Made by a program: the position numbers and the translations under genes. DNA of 64,000 nt. It comes from Stegostoma tigrinum (taxonomy: Eukaryota). The notes beneath the pieces are model-generated. The model saw nothing but the letters and a program-made list of their open reading frames with translations, was not told the origin of the DNA and ran no database searches. The DNA lies in assembly GCF_030684315.1 (NCBI RefSeq), contig NC_081378.1:21610006-21674005 (forward strand). The letters are read 5' to 3'. Shown in pieces: positions 37,956 to 50,770 of the stretch (its first letter is position 1; each line of letters begins with the position of its first letter).

Positions 37956-39162
37956 ACAACACAGCAAAAGTGAAAGAACAGCAATATAATTTCAAGTCAG
38001 GGTAGCGTATGACTTGGAGGGGAACACAAACTTGTAGTGTTCACGTTTCTGCTGCTTGTCTTTCTGGGTGTTAAAGATCACAGGTTTGTAAGATACTTTC
38101 AAAGCAGTCTTCGTGAGTTATTGCAAAAAATCTTTTAGCTGGGATAAGCTAATGGACTGTGCGTTGGCAAAGGAAGGGTGAATGATGAACATGTTAGATG
38201 GGATGCCAGTCAAGTATCTGTCTTGTCCTGGATGGTGTCAAGTTCCTCCAGTATTTTTGAACACTGATGTCCAGTCTACATTCTGTGCTATCCTCAGTGC
38301 TTCCTGCAAGTGCTATTTAACATGAAGGAGTACAGATTTGTCAAATCATGACAAGGGCAGTTTCCTCAGGGATGAAAATTGCAGAAAACAAAAGGTCTGA
38401 AAATTAGTGACTAAAAGCAAGGTCCAAATATTTTTGTGACAAAGAATCATGTAATTAAAACACTCCTGGGCTCATGGGTCTTTCTTCCAAATTTGTTACC
38501 AGCGGTGGACCAGCAAAAAATTAAAAACGTAGAACAGAATTCCATTATCTGAATGCTGGAATTCTGCTTAATGGCACAAGTTCTCTGTCCAGTTTCTTTA
38601 GACATGTTTGACCCAGAGTCACAAGATTTCAAGAAGACTGAATTCAATGAGGACTCTTCAAGCCAATCCCAGATAGTGGGAAAGGTAACAAGAACAATGG
38701 CCAAGGGTACATGTTGCTTAACTCCTTTATAAAATAACTCTCGCTGTTCTGGCACAAGTCCCCAGACGTTATTGAGGAGGGCTTTGCAGGTTTGACGGGA
38801 CTGAGCATGGAGTCATGATGTCCTAAACCAACGCCCAGGTTGCAGTCAGATGATTTGCATGCTTTCATCCTTTCAGTTTTTAAGTAGTGGTTTGACACAA
38901 TGGAATGGCTGGCTGAAGTTTTTTTTTAAAAACAACACCAGATGAAATTAATAGAATTCAAATTGACAGATAACCACATTAAGATTTCCATTCTCATCTT
39001 CAGAGGAGGTACCCAGACGGCTGGTATATTAATCCAGAGAGAAAGACACTGTACTACTATACCCAATGAGAAGATACATATTTTCTGCTGTGATTTCAAG
39101 CTGCCTGCAATTTTCTTTGAAATGAAACAAATGAAAACTGACTTCAGGATTTGCTACACTAC

Positions 39163-39234
39163 CTTTGTGTGCAACACGTCAGGCACCACTGGATCCCGCT
39201 TACGCAGTACATAACCCCGATTTTCATTCTCAGC
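39163..39234 (-). CDS. NCAPH2: NCAPH2 coding exon 10 (AENENRGYVLRKRDPVVPDVLHTK)
   Basis: AG/GT flanks; 72 nt; YxLRxR motif. Confidence 0.87.
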
Positions 39235-39343
39235 CTGCAGGAACATGAAGTGGACAAATTACATTTACACCAAGAGCTGATGGAGTTTAGTATCACTGCA
39301 CACACTCACTAATCTTCAGATCTCCATCATAAACAGCACTCAC

Positions 39344-39435
39344 CTTCTGTGTTGCAATGTGCTCCTGAACGAAATCACCCTCTGCTGAAGGTGGAACAAA
39401 ATTGCCGTCAGCATCACCACCATCATCATCCATTC
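39344..39435 (-). CDS. NCAPH2: NCAPH2 coding exon 9 (MDDDGGDADGNFVPPSAEGDFVQEHIATQK)
   Basis: AG/GTGAGT flanks; 92 nt; phase 1-0; acidic linker. Confidence 0.82.
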
Positions 39436-39539
39436 CTGTGGGACCCAAGACAAGACCACATATTGAAGGCATTTAGTTCGTATTATTCGCTCAGACCCTT
39501 CTGCATGTTAACATCTAAAGGATAAACAGATTTTTTTTC

Positions 39540-39810
39540 TTTATTCATTCACGGGATGAGGGCATCGCTGGCAAGGCAGCATTTATTGCCTGTCCCTAAT
39601 TACCCAGAGGGCAGTTAAGAGTCAACTACATTGTTGTGGGTCTGGAGTCACATGTATGGAGACCATGTAAGGATGGCAGTGAATCAGATGGGTTTTTCCA
39701 ACAATCACAGTCATCGTTAGAATCTTAATTCCAGAACCCGGATCCCCAAATGTTGTCTGGTCACTGGATTAATAGTTCAGCGATAATACCACGAGGCCAT
39801 CGCCTCCCCA
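39540..39810 (-). mobile_element. tRNA-derived SINE (family B)
   Basis: Same family as 9304-9650. Confidence 0.75.
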
Positions 39811-41160
39811 GTTGAGGATTGGGGGTTGTGGATTGCCAATATATTGCATTCCACTTATTTATTCAAAATAACGGCAGTCTTTCCAAAACTAGGCACAGTT
39901 CTACGCACAGGCTCGCGCATGTCTCAACACAAGCCTTTGCCCCAGATATACCCCAAATGTCTTTATCCAATTCTTAAACTTACTCCAATCCTTGGTCCGC
40001 ATGTCAATAATTCTCAATGCTGATCAATCTGTTAGCTCTGAGCAAATACAGCAACTCCCCAGAATAGTAAAGATCAATAATTGGGAGGGCTTTGCGTAGC
40101 AAGCATCCACACTGAGGTCCTGTAACAGTGCTCGGATACACAGTGCAAAGTCCCAAATGTGATTCCCGGCATTGCCAGGCTGAATGGTCTGAAGTCAGGG
40201 TGCTACAACCAGCCTTAGTGATCTTAAGCTCAATAGAAGAGCAATGTTTGGCAACATTTCCAACACTATCCACTACCTTTATATCAATACTGTTGCATAA
40301 AATACAAAGCTCATTCATGATATTGAGGCAAAAACTTTCCAATATACAGTAAACAATGGCTTGAACACTTTGCAAGCTTTCAAAATTTAAATTCCAGAAA
40401 GGTCTTCCATAAAGGAAGGAAGACAATTAGATGTAATGGAAACAAGCAGGTTATGCTTATGCACCCTAGGGATTTGTTTGAATTCAGATAAGCATGCTTA
40501 CATTCTGTCTACTTAATCAGCAACTTGGCCACGCCGTAGCAATTTTAAATGTAGTCGCATATAGAAGAGTTAGTCAGCTTGTTTTGCTGCACTAGGAGAT
40601 GAAATCTATTTCTAGCTGTTGACAATAATGGGAAGGCAGTAGCTTGGCATAGCAGTAGCGACATTGGGCTAGCCATCCAGTGACAGCTGATATAATTTGA
40701 ATTCAATTAAGTTTGGAATATAAAGTGGACTCAGTAATAGTGCTATGGGCCTAACAATGGCCGTCATAAAAATCCATCCAATTCACTAACATCCTTTAGT
40801 GAAGGAAATCCTCCATCTTCGCCTGCTACATGAGACTCCAGATCCACAGCAATGTGATTGACTATTAACTGCCCCCTCTAATGGCCTAGCAAGTCACTAT
40901 GTTCAAGGACAATTAGAAATGTGCAAAAAGTGCTGATCTTTCTAGCGACGCCACATGAATAACACAGAAACAATGAAGAAAAAAAAATTGGAAATGTGCT
41001 TTCAAAAACAATTTGCAAGTTTATTGAAGCTAGGACAGTGATGGGGGCTTATTTACTAGGCTGAGTGATAATGGGAACTGCAGATGCTGGAAAATCCAAG
41101 ATAATAAAATGTGAGGCTGGATGAACACAGCAGGCCCAGCAGCATCTCAGGAGCACAAAA

Positions 41161-41193
41161 GCTGATGTTTCGGGCCTAGGCCCTTCATCAGAG
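41161..41193 (-). ncRNA. Second copy of the minimal hammerhead motif (variant)
   Basis: The minus strand reads CTGATGA-aGGGCCtaGGCCC-GAAAC-ATC-agc; GTC>ATC breaks the ACGT palindrome. Confidence 0.5.
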
Positions 41194-44100
41194 AGGGGGA
41201 TGGGGTGAGCATTCTGAAATAAATAGGGAGAGAGGGGTAGGCGGACTGAAGATGGAGAGAAAAGAAGATAGGTGGAGAGGAGAGTATAGGTGGGGAAGTA
41301 GGGAGGGGATAGCTCAGTCCAGGGAAGACGGACAGGTCAAGGAGGTGGGATGAGGTTAGTAGGTAGGAGATGGAGGTGCGGCTTGGGGTGGTAGGAAGGG
41401 ATGGGTGAGAGGAAGAACAGGTTAGGGAGGCAGAGGCAGGCTGGATTGGTTTTGGGATGCTGTGGGTGGAGGGGACGGGATGGGCTGGTTGTGTGGTGCG
41501 GTGGGGGGAGGGGATGAACTGGGCTGGTTTTGGGATGTAGTGGGGGAAGGGGAGATTTTGAAGCTGGTGAAGTCCACATTGATACCATTGGGCTGCAGGG
41601 TTCCCAAGCGGAATATGAGTTGCTGTTCCTGCAACCTTCGGGTGGCATCATTGTGGCACTGCAGGAGGCCCATGATGGACATGTCATCTAAAGAATGGGA
41701 GGGGGAGTGGAAATGGTTTGCAACTGGGAGGTGCAGTTGTTTATTGCGAACCGAGCGGAGGTGTTCTGCAAAGCGGTCCCCAAGCCTCCGCTTGGTTTCC
41801 CCAATGTAGAGGAAGCCACACTGGGTACAATGGATGCACTATACCACATTGGCAGATGTGCAGGTGAACCTCTGATTAATATGGAAAGTCATCTTGGGGC
41901 TAGGAATAGGGGTGAGGGAGGAGGTATGGGGGCAAGTGTAGCATTTCCTGCGGTTGCAGGGGAAGGTGCCGGGTGTGATGGGGTTGGAGGGCAGTGTGGA
42001 GCGAACAAGGGAGTCACAGAGAGAGTGGTCTCTCTGGAAAGCAGACAAGGGTGGGGATGGAAAATGTCTTGGGTGGTGGGGCCAGATTGTAGATGGCAGA
42101 AGTGTCGGAGGATGATGCGTTGTATCTGGAGGTTGGTGGGGTGGTGTGTGAGAACGGGGGCGATCCTCTTTGGGCGGTTGAGGCAGGGGCGGGGTGTGAG
42201 GGATGTGTTGCGGGAAATGCGGGAGACGCAGTCAAGGGCGTTCTCGACCACTGTGGGGGGAAAGTTGCGGTCCTTGAAGAACTTGGACATCTGGGATGTG
42301 CGGGAGTGGAATGCCTCATCGTGGGAGCAGATGCGGCGGAGGCGTAGGAATTGGGAATAGGGGATGGAATTTTTGCAGGAGGGTGGGTGGGAAGAGGTGT
42401 ATTCTAGGTCGCTGTGGCAGTAGGTGGGCTTGAAATGGGCATCAGTTACTAGCTGGATGCCTGAGATGGAGACTGAGAGGTCCAGGAAGGTGAGGGATGT
42501 GCTGGAGATGGCCCAGGTGAACTGAAGGTTGGGGTGGAAGGTGCTGGTGAAGTGGATGAACTGTTCGAGCTCCTCTGGGGAGCAAGAGGCGGTGCCGATA
42601 CAGTCATCAATGTAACGGAGGAAGAGGTGGGGTTTGCGGCCTGTGTAGGTGCGGAAGAGGGACTGTTCCACGTAACCTACAAAGAGGCAGGCATAGCTGG
42701 GGCCCATGCGGGTGCCCATGGCCACCCCCTTTGTTTGTAGGAAGTGGGAGGAATCGAAAGCGAAGTTGTTGAGGGTGAGGACGAGTTCGGCTAGGTGGAT
42801 GAGGGTGTCGGTGGAGGAGGACTGGTCGGGCCTGCGGGACAGGAAGAAGCGGAGGGCCATGAGGCCATCTGCATGCGGAATACAGGTGTATAGGGACTGG
42901 ACGTCCATGGTGAAAATGAGGTATTGGAGGCCAGGGAATTGGAAGTCCTGGAGGAGGTGGAGGGCGTGGGTGGTGTCACGGACGTAGGTAGCGAGTTCCT
43001 GGAGCAAAGGGGAAAAAATGGAGTCCAGATAGGTGGAGATGAGTTCGGTGGGGCTGGAGCAGGCTGAGACAATGGGTCGACCAGGGCAGGCAGGTTTGTG
43101 GATTTTGGGAAGGAGATAGAAACGGGCTAATCGGGGTTGGGGAACAATGAGGTTGGAGGCTGTGGGTGGGAGGTCACCTCAGGTGATGAGGTCATGAATG
43201 GCGTTGGAGATGATGGTTTGGTGCTCGGGGGTGGGGTCATGAACGCGGGGGCGGTAGGAGGTGGTGTCGGAGGGTTGGCATTTGGTCTCGGCGATGTAGA
43301 GGTCAGTGCGCCATACTACCACTGCGCCACCCTTGTCTGCGGGTTTGATGGTGAGGTTGGGGTTGGAGCGGAGGGAGCAGAGGGCTACCCGTTCTGCAGG
43401 GGAAAGATTGGAGTGGGTGAGAGGGGTGTTGAGGTTGAGGCAGTTAATGTCTCTGGACCTCTCAGTCTCCATCTCAGGCAACCAGCTTGTAACTGATGTC
43501 CATTTCAAGCCCACCGACTCCCACAGCTACCTAGAATACACCTCCTCCCACCCACCCTCCTGCAAAAATTCCATCCCCTATTCCCAATTCCTACGCCTCC
43601 GCCGCATCTGCTCCCACGATGAGGCATTCCACTCCCACACATCCCAGATGTCCAAGTTCTTCAAGGACCGCAACTTTCCCCCCACAGTGGTCGAGAACGC
43701 CCTTGACCGCATCTCCCGCAACACATCCCTCACACCCCGCCCCCGCCACAACCGCCCAAAGAGGATCCCCCTCATTCTCACACACCACCCCACCAACCTC
43801 CGGACACAACGCATCATCCTCCGACACTTCTGCCATCTACAATCCGACCCCACCACCCAAGACATTTTTCCATCCCCACCCTTGTCTGCTTTTCGGAGAG
43901 ACCACTCTCTCCGTGACTCCCTTGTTCGCTCCACACTGCCCTCCAACCCCACCACACCCGGCACCTTCCCCTGCAACCGCAGGAAATGCTACACTTGCCC
44001 CCACACCTCCTCCCTCACCCCTATTCCTAGCCCCAAGATGACTTTCCATATTAATCAGAGGTTCACCTGCACATCTGCCAATGTGGTATAGTGCATCCAT

Positions 44101-44671
44101 TGTACCCAGTGTGGCTTCCTCTACATTGGGGAAACCAAGTGGAGGCTTGGGGACCGCTTTGCAGAACACCTCCGCTCGGTTCGCAATAAACAACTGCACC
44201 TCCCAGTTGCAAACCATTTCCACTCCCCCTCCCATTCTTTAGATGCCACCCGAAGGTTGCAGGAACAGCAACTCATATTCCGCTTGGGAACCCTGCAGCC
44301 CAATGGTATCAATGTGGACTTCACCAGCTTCAAAATCTCCCCTTCCCCCACCGCATCCCAAAACCAGCCCAGTTCGTCCCCTCCCCCCACTGCACCGCAC
44401 AACCAGCCCAGCTCTTCCCCTCCACCCACAGCATCCCAAAACCAGCCCAGCCTGTCTCCGCATCCGTAACCTGTTCTTCCTCTCACCCATCCCTTCCTCT
44501 CACCCCAAGCCGCACCTCCATCTCCTACCTACTAACCTCATCCCACCTCCTTGACCTGTCCGTCTTCCTTGGACTGACCTATCCCCTCCCCACCTATCTT
44601 CTTTTCTCTCCATCTTCAGTCCGCCTCCCCCTCTTTATTTATTTATTCCAGAACTCTCACCCCATCCCTCT

Positions 44672-44704
44672 CTCTGATGAAGGGTCTAGGCCCGAAACGT
44701 CAGC
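44672..44704 (+). ncRNA. Minimal hammerhead ribozyme motif in a Penelope terminal repeat
   Basis: CTGATGA-aGGG tctagg CCC-GAAAC-GTC-ag gives the conserved CUGAUGA and GAAA boxes, stem II, palindromic ACGT and a GUC triplet. Confidence 0.65.
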
Positions 44705-45356
44705 TTTTGTGCTCCTGAGATGCTGCTGGGCCTGCTGTGTTCATCCAGCCTCACATTTTATTATCTTATTTACTAGGCTGTCAGCTGGTGAGTCATGGAT
44801 TTGGTATCTCATCTGCAAGACACTGACACAAAGCAGCCTTCTGCAGCAGGTATTTCATGCTGGGTTAGTTGTGATTAAACATGAACAGAATTGATTTTAC
44901 CCAAAAGATGACAAAAAGGCATCTTATTACTTTGCCCGTTCTGCATACCAGAACAATGTTAAGTATCCCTGATCTTGGACAGAGTAAAATCATTCAAGTA
45001 TCCTGTTTTTAATTAGTGGGCTCTGGGATGTTAAGCAAGGCTAAAACAAAGCTCAGCTGTCATTCTTCCTCGCTTATGCAAGGGACCAGCAGGTGGCACG
45101 GCACCTACAGAACAACAGGAGACACCACCTTCTAAGCCACACAACTGACAATCTGAGTTAGTGTGAAACAAAACACTGAGATTTCTGCAACACATACCTG
45201 GTGAAATGCACCAGTTGTTTACTTTGCATGAATTAATGTGAAATACCAGATTGGTCTGTCAATCCCATGTGGTACTGAAATATACCAAGCAGAAGAGACA
45301 AAGCAGCAACCCTCAAAACGAAATTGTTTCTTTCCTCTCCAGAGTAGCCTACTTAC

Positions 45357-45443
45357 CCGCTTCGTCCAAGAAGTTCAATACTGGAACTGGAGCCTGACAG
45401 TCACTGTTATCCATGCCCATGTCCTCCTGAACATTCTGCAAGC
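45357..45443 (-). CDS. NCAPH2: NCAPH2 coding exon 8 (LQNVQEDMGMDNSDCQAPVPVLNFLDEA)
   Basis: tttacAG/GTAAGT flanks; 87 nt; phase 1-1; PVPVLNF resembles human PVPALGF. Confidence 0.8.
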
Positions 45444-45605
45444 CTGTAAAGATGTAATGCACAGTGTAATGCTCACATTTCAGCAGGGTAATCTGTCTGT
45501 GCCAACATCATATGCTCCACCCAGCCTTCTGTGCACACAGTAAGCACTAACAGCAATCTTTGAAGTCAATAATTATAAGGGGGGCAGATTTCTTCTAAGA
45601 ATAAT

Positions 45606-45930
45606 GGGCAGCATGGTGGCTCATTAGGTAGCACAACTGCCTCACAGCACCGAGGACCCAGGTTCGCTTCCACCCTCAGGAAGCTGTGTGATATTTGCAC
45701 ATTCTCCCCGTGTCTGCATGGGTTTCCTCCGGGTGCTCCAGTTTCTTTCCACAGTCCAAAGATGGGCAGGGTAAGTGCATTGGCCATGCTAAATTGTCCA
45801 GGAATGTCTATGTTAGGTGGGTTAGATATGGGAAATGCAGGGTTAGGGGAATGTGTCTGGGTGGGTTGCTCTTCGGAGAGGCGGTGTGGACTTGTTGGGC
45901 CCCATTTCCAACAGTAGGGACGCTAAGATT
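45606..45930 (+). mobile_element. HE1/V-SINE-like SINE
   Basis: gggcagcatggtggctc...cacagcaccgaggacccaggttcg...ttctccccgtgtctgcatgggtttcctccgggtgctcc. Confidence 0.85.
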
Positions 45931-48900
45931 CAAACTCGATAAATAATACAGCACCGCTGACTATTCAGTCCACCATATCTGTGCTGGGTGTTTGAAAGAG
46001 AATTATACTATAGTCCCATACCAATGCTTTTTAACCCTGGTCCTGCATTTTGTTTTTCCTCTTCAATTATTAATTCAATTCCCATTTGACACTATTGAAT
46101 TTATCTCCATTACACTTGTAGATCATGAATTCTCAATCATAACATAATGTAATGAAAATCTTCTGATCATTTCGTATTTTTACTAATTACCTTCAACCTG
46201 TGCCCCTCTGGTTACTGACTCTGTTGCTAATGGAAAAAATTGCTACTGCCTCCTTTCGTAATTTTGAACACTCAACTAAATCTACGCTTAACTTCTCTAC
46301 ACTGAGAACAACCCAAGTTTCCCAGTCTCATCGCATCAATGATGCTCCTCAACCCTGGAACCATTCTAACAAATGTCTGCACTACCAGTAACCCCCCTTA
46401 ATGCATATCCTGCCAAAAACCCTTCCATTTTTGAGGGCCCTTTAAAAATGAAACCATCCCAATGTATTTCACAAGATAATTAACAAACTTTGATATCAGT
46501 TTATAGGAGGTTATGCACAGATGAACTAAAGCTTGGTTAAATATGGAACCTTTAGTGCAGAAAAGAGATAAAAAAGGCTTAAGGAGACAATTCAAATATT
46601 TAGGACCCAGACAGTTAAAAGAACTGCCACAAATGGTAAAACAATGTAAATTTGAGACATGCAAGATGCCAATATTGAAGATGCTGATATAGCAAGAGTT
46701 GGGTTGAAGGAAACTAGAGGGGCAAGGTCATACAGGGTCTGAAAACATGGAGAAGTGAAGGTCAGGGAGCAAATGGGTGATTGGTGAAATGGACCAGATG
46801 CATGTTAAGATACAAAAATCAGAGTTCTGGACGACCACAAGATGACACAGAATCGAAAACAACAGTCCCTGTGAAGAAGTATGCTGGAATAGTGAATTTA
46901 GAAATAACAAAGATCGGATGAAGGTTTCAGCAGATAGGCCTAGACAGGACCAGAATTGGGTGACGTAACAAAGGTGGAAGCAAGCAGTCTTGTTGAAATA
47001 CATATATAGTCAAAGCTCATCTGTAACAAAATACCAAGCATATGATCTAGTTCAGCTTTGGACAGTTGTCCAAGAGCAGAATGAAAGTGGCAGCGAAGGA
47101 AGAAGAGACAACGACTACTTTCTTCCCAATATTTAGCAGGAGAAAATTTCTGCTTGCCATTTAAAATTGTTTCTTTTTATTTTTCCATAATTTTGATACA
47201 GGACTTAAATGCAAAAAAGACAGTTTTAAAACAAATGATTTGAGGAAGGAATTGCTGCACTTTCAAAAAGCAAGTTCCTGAAACTTCTTGTAGCTCATAT
47301 TTACACTGCTGCTTTGTTCAAACAGTGGAGGAGGCTGGTCGTAACCTGGCTGGCACCAGGGGTGTGCATAAATTGAGATTCAGATAGCAACAGGTTGCTG
47401 ATCAGTTTCTGGAGTTGTGGATGGCAAAGGAAACAAGCCTCGCCTCTCAATCATCTGATTCACTCCTGGGTAGCTGAACAGTTTGTGGGTTTGCATGATA
47501 CTTGCAGAAGTCTTCAGATTTCTGCAACAACAGGTGGTTGTCTGAAGCCTTTCCCCTCTCCAGTTGGTATAAGCTGCGTTTAATAAGTAAGCAAGAGTTC
47601 TGCAGTTAATGTAGCCACAATCAGTGCCTCCTAAAAACAAGTGAAAAGAAGCTGAAGAGAGATTGAATAAGAGGAAATCGTGGCAAACAACAGGATCATC
47701 TCAGTGAAGGTATATTGGGGCCATCAAACTGCTTCACAGTTTTACTCCCCTCCATCCATAAAAACGTTATTTTGTCCAAGTATGCGCGTAGGGGGATTTA
47801 TTGGGGAATTAAGGGTTTTATCTGCTGGATGTTGATAGATTCTAACTACAGAAAAACAACAAGATCTATTTATGTGTAATAAATAGTGCTTCTTGTTAAT
47901 AACCAAAAATGGATACGTGTTTTCTGTTAGTATGAATCTACGGGAAAGGTAAATAGGGTATTTTACATATTTTGAAATTTTATTTTTTTACTTTTACAAC
48001 GACTCTAGATATGGCAGCATTTGATTTCCAGTTAGCTACCCCAGAGAGGCATAACATGCATAGTTATATGCTGGAGAAGCAATCTCGCAAACCAGGACAG
48101 TGGAAGAAACAGAAGTGATGGTGTGGTGGAGCCAAGTATGATTGGCATACACATGAAAGTTGACAGTGCCCTTTTGAATTATGTCACTGAGAGCAGTTTT
48201 GTTTTTTACTCTCTTGTGGGACATGGGCAGCACAGGCAGGCCAGCATTTACTACCCACCCCTAGGTGCCCTTTTGAGAAGTTGGTGGTGAGCTGCATTCT
48301 TGAACCACTGTAGTCCATGTCTGTAGGTAGACTCAATGCATTATGAATGGAATTCCAGGATTTTGGCCAAACAACAATGAAGAAACTTGATATATGACCA
48401 AGTGAGGATGGTGTATGGTTTGGAGGGAACTTGCAGGTGGTGTTGCTCCTATGTGTATGCGACCACTGTCCTTCTAGGTTGAAGCGGTCATGGGTTTGGA
48501 AGGTACTGTCTAAAGATCTTGGGCGATAGACTAAAAGAAAGAGGCCAAGAAAGGGGATCACTGGGGACTCAGGTGATCATATAGCTGTGGGAAAATTTAT
48601 GGAGTATTGTGCCCGATTCTGAGCATTTGATCTCTTCCCACCTCCCTGCATCCCAAAAACAATTTCAGCTTTATTTCATGCTTTGATTATACCAATCTCT
48701 TACAGTGGGAGACACAGTCATTAAGAATTGCATTAAATGATGCCAATCAAGCTCCATCTTAAACAGTGCTTAGTTCAGGGTACTAACACACAGGACAGAT
48801 CTTCAGAGGATTAGGAAAGTCAAAAGGAAATCTCAGGTCTCTAGGATTTTAAGTCTAAGAAAGTCAAGGTGGATTTAATTATAGAAGTGGAGATACTAAG

Positions 48901-49542
48901 TGATCTAGTTGAGACTTTTCCATTATCACAGAACTTTCAATGTTTAACAGCACAGTAGGCCAAGGGGCTCATTTTGCCTATTGTGGACAAATCTTGAGCT
49001 AATGGCAGTGTCCTATTCACTTCCCCAAAGGCCTTTTTTTACCCTTGATACCATACTAATCCTATTCCTTGCCGTAACTCCATAATTCTGTATTAACCCT
49101 AAAATAAACACACAGACTCACTCTTTCCTTGTATTAATCCCAAACCAATCCCATTGCTTCACATTTTCCAGAGATATGTAATTTTGTTTTTTTTAAATAT
49201 TAGTCCACCATTTTGTTTTGAAATGACAAAAAGGTTTCCATTTAAACAAATACCCATAGCAAATCATTCTGTACTCCAGAACGTTCAGCATGGTGCAAAG
49301 TTCAAATGACATGTGTGGTCACAAATAATAGAGGGAATAATTGAGTCAAATCACAACAAATAACATTTAACACGAGTCAGCAACAAGCCAGACATAAATG
49401 GAATAACAGCTATCCAATCAGACAATAACCAAGCTGCAGAGGTATGGCATAGTATTGAGATCAGTGACATATTCAGACTCATTCTCAGCAAGAGTTGCAA
49501 CAAAACAATGTGCAAACTGTTCATTGGCACATAGTTAATTAC

Positions 49543-49697
49543 CATTCCTAGTGTACTCTGTGTTGCCTTGCTGTTGCCTGTGCAGATAGCTCATCGGTGA
49601 CACAGTGGCCAGCTCTAACATGAATGCACCTGTGGCATGAGGGGTACAAGTATTCATTCGGAAATCCTTGCGGCTGCCAAGGATCTCTCCTCTTCGG
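49543..49697 (-). CDS. NCAPH2: NCAPH2 coding exon 7 ([28 protein letters not shown]...)
   Basis: AG/GT flanks; 155 nt; SRKDFRMNT motif. Confidence 0.92.
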
Positions 49698-50690
49698 CTA
49701 CAGTGAAATGGAAAACCAATCAGGTTAGTAACTGAGGACAGAACATTTGCATTATCTTCAAATCTTCTAACTGGTGTCCCATTCCTTCCACGATCCAGTT
49801 TGCACGAAATAGAACAAGTGGACCATTCAGCCTCTTGAACCCGCTCTGCCATTCAATAAGATCATGGTCGATCTGCGTTTGTAATTTGAAATCTACATTC
49901 ACATAATTTCCCAATGTCTCTCTACTTCTGGAATGGACAGAGAGGCAAGACAGTATCAACACCACAACCAAATGTAGAGGGAAGATACCTAATCCTAAAT
50001 CTCACCCTAGGCATCACCCAACATCATTAGTATTTGTACAGGTAACTAGGTTGATTTATATCATCACTGCTCCTCATTAGTTCAAATGGACAACAAAATT
50101 TATCATTGAAGGTAACCTGTAATCTTCCTATTCTACCTGACTCAGTATTGCACTAGTTAACATCTGCCTCCAAATCCTGGAATACAACTTCAGACCTCCT
50201 TGATAAATACAACTCACCTGACAAGAAGCATGCAACATGATCGTATCCCGAATCTGAGAAATTTGCTGTTCTCAAATAAGTGAAACATTTCAGTGCTGGA
50301 AAATGAAGCAAGCTTCAAGCTGGAACTCAATGTCAACATCAAATACCCCCAGGGGATAGGATGCAGAGAAAAGCTCTCTCTATGCAATCCTGCCAAACAA
50401 TTCTTAAGTAACCATCTCCAGACTTGAAAGCACATCTGTACTGTTGGACTGTGACACATCTATTTCTCCAGCCAGTCAATTTAGTATTGAGTGACAGCAC
50501 AAAACTCAATTTGAGTCCTCCAAAGCAACTCGAATAAAGTTGTCTTACGCTTTCAAAACCCACATGGCTAGGAGCTAAGAAGCCTTTCAAATTAGTTTGT
50601 TGGCATACACTGACTGGATCTTCTGCACTCTGTACAGGGCCTACCAACAAGGTGGCTGCCTTTCTGTGTGAGATACAGCAAATTCCATAC

Positions 50691-50770
50691 CTCAGCAGCG
50701 GGTTGTTCTTTTTCTCAATTTCTTCTAGTGGAACCAGTGCCATTGGTGTTAATGGTATAATGTTCACAAC
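50691..50770 (-). CDS. NCAPH2: NCAPH2 coding exon 6 (VVNIIPLTPMALVPLEEIEKKNNPLL)
   Basis: AG/GT flanks; 80 nt. Confidence 0.93.

Larger units (their letters stand above)
41064..44764 (-). mobile_element. Young Penelope-like element: 5'-truncated copy on - (41064-~43450) joined to an inverted 3' copy on + (43453-44767)
   Basis: RT motifs FTMDVQSLYT, GVAMGTRMGPSYA and RYIDD (ORF 41889-43007); GIY-YIG region CIHCTQCGFLYIGET; 16-bp TSD cttatttactaggctg at 41048-41063 and 44765-44780. Confidence 0.93.

Noticed and set aside
41337-44554. Many overlapping long ORFs (100-372 aa) as host genes
   Set aside because: All derive from the Penelope RT/GIY-YIG frame or its GC-rich shadow frames; the element is truncated and frameshifted.
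47380-47640. Extra NCAPH2 exon (86-aa minus-strand ORF with an acceptor-like site)
   Set aside because: No similarity to NCAPH2, and exons 7 and 8 already join in phase; probably repeat-derived.
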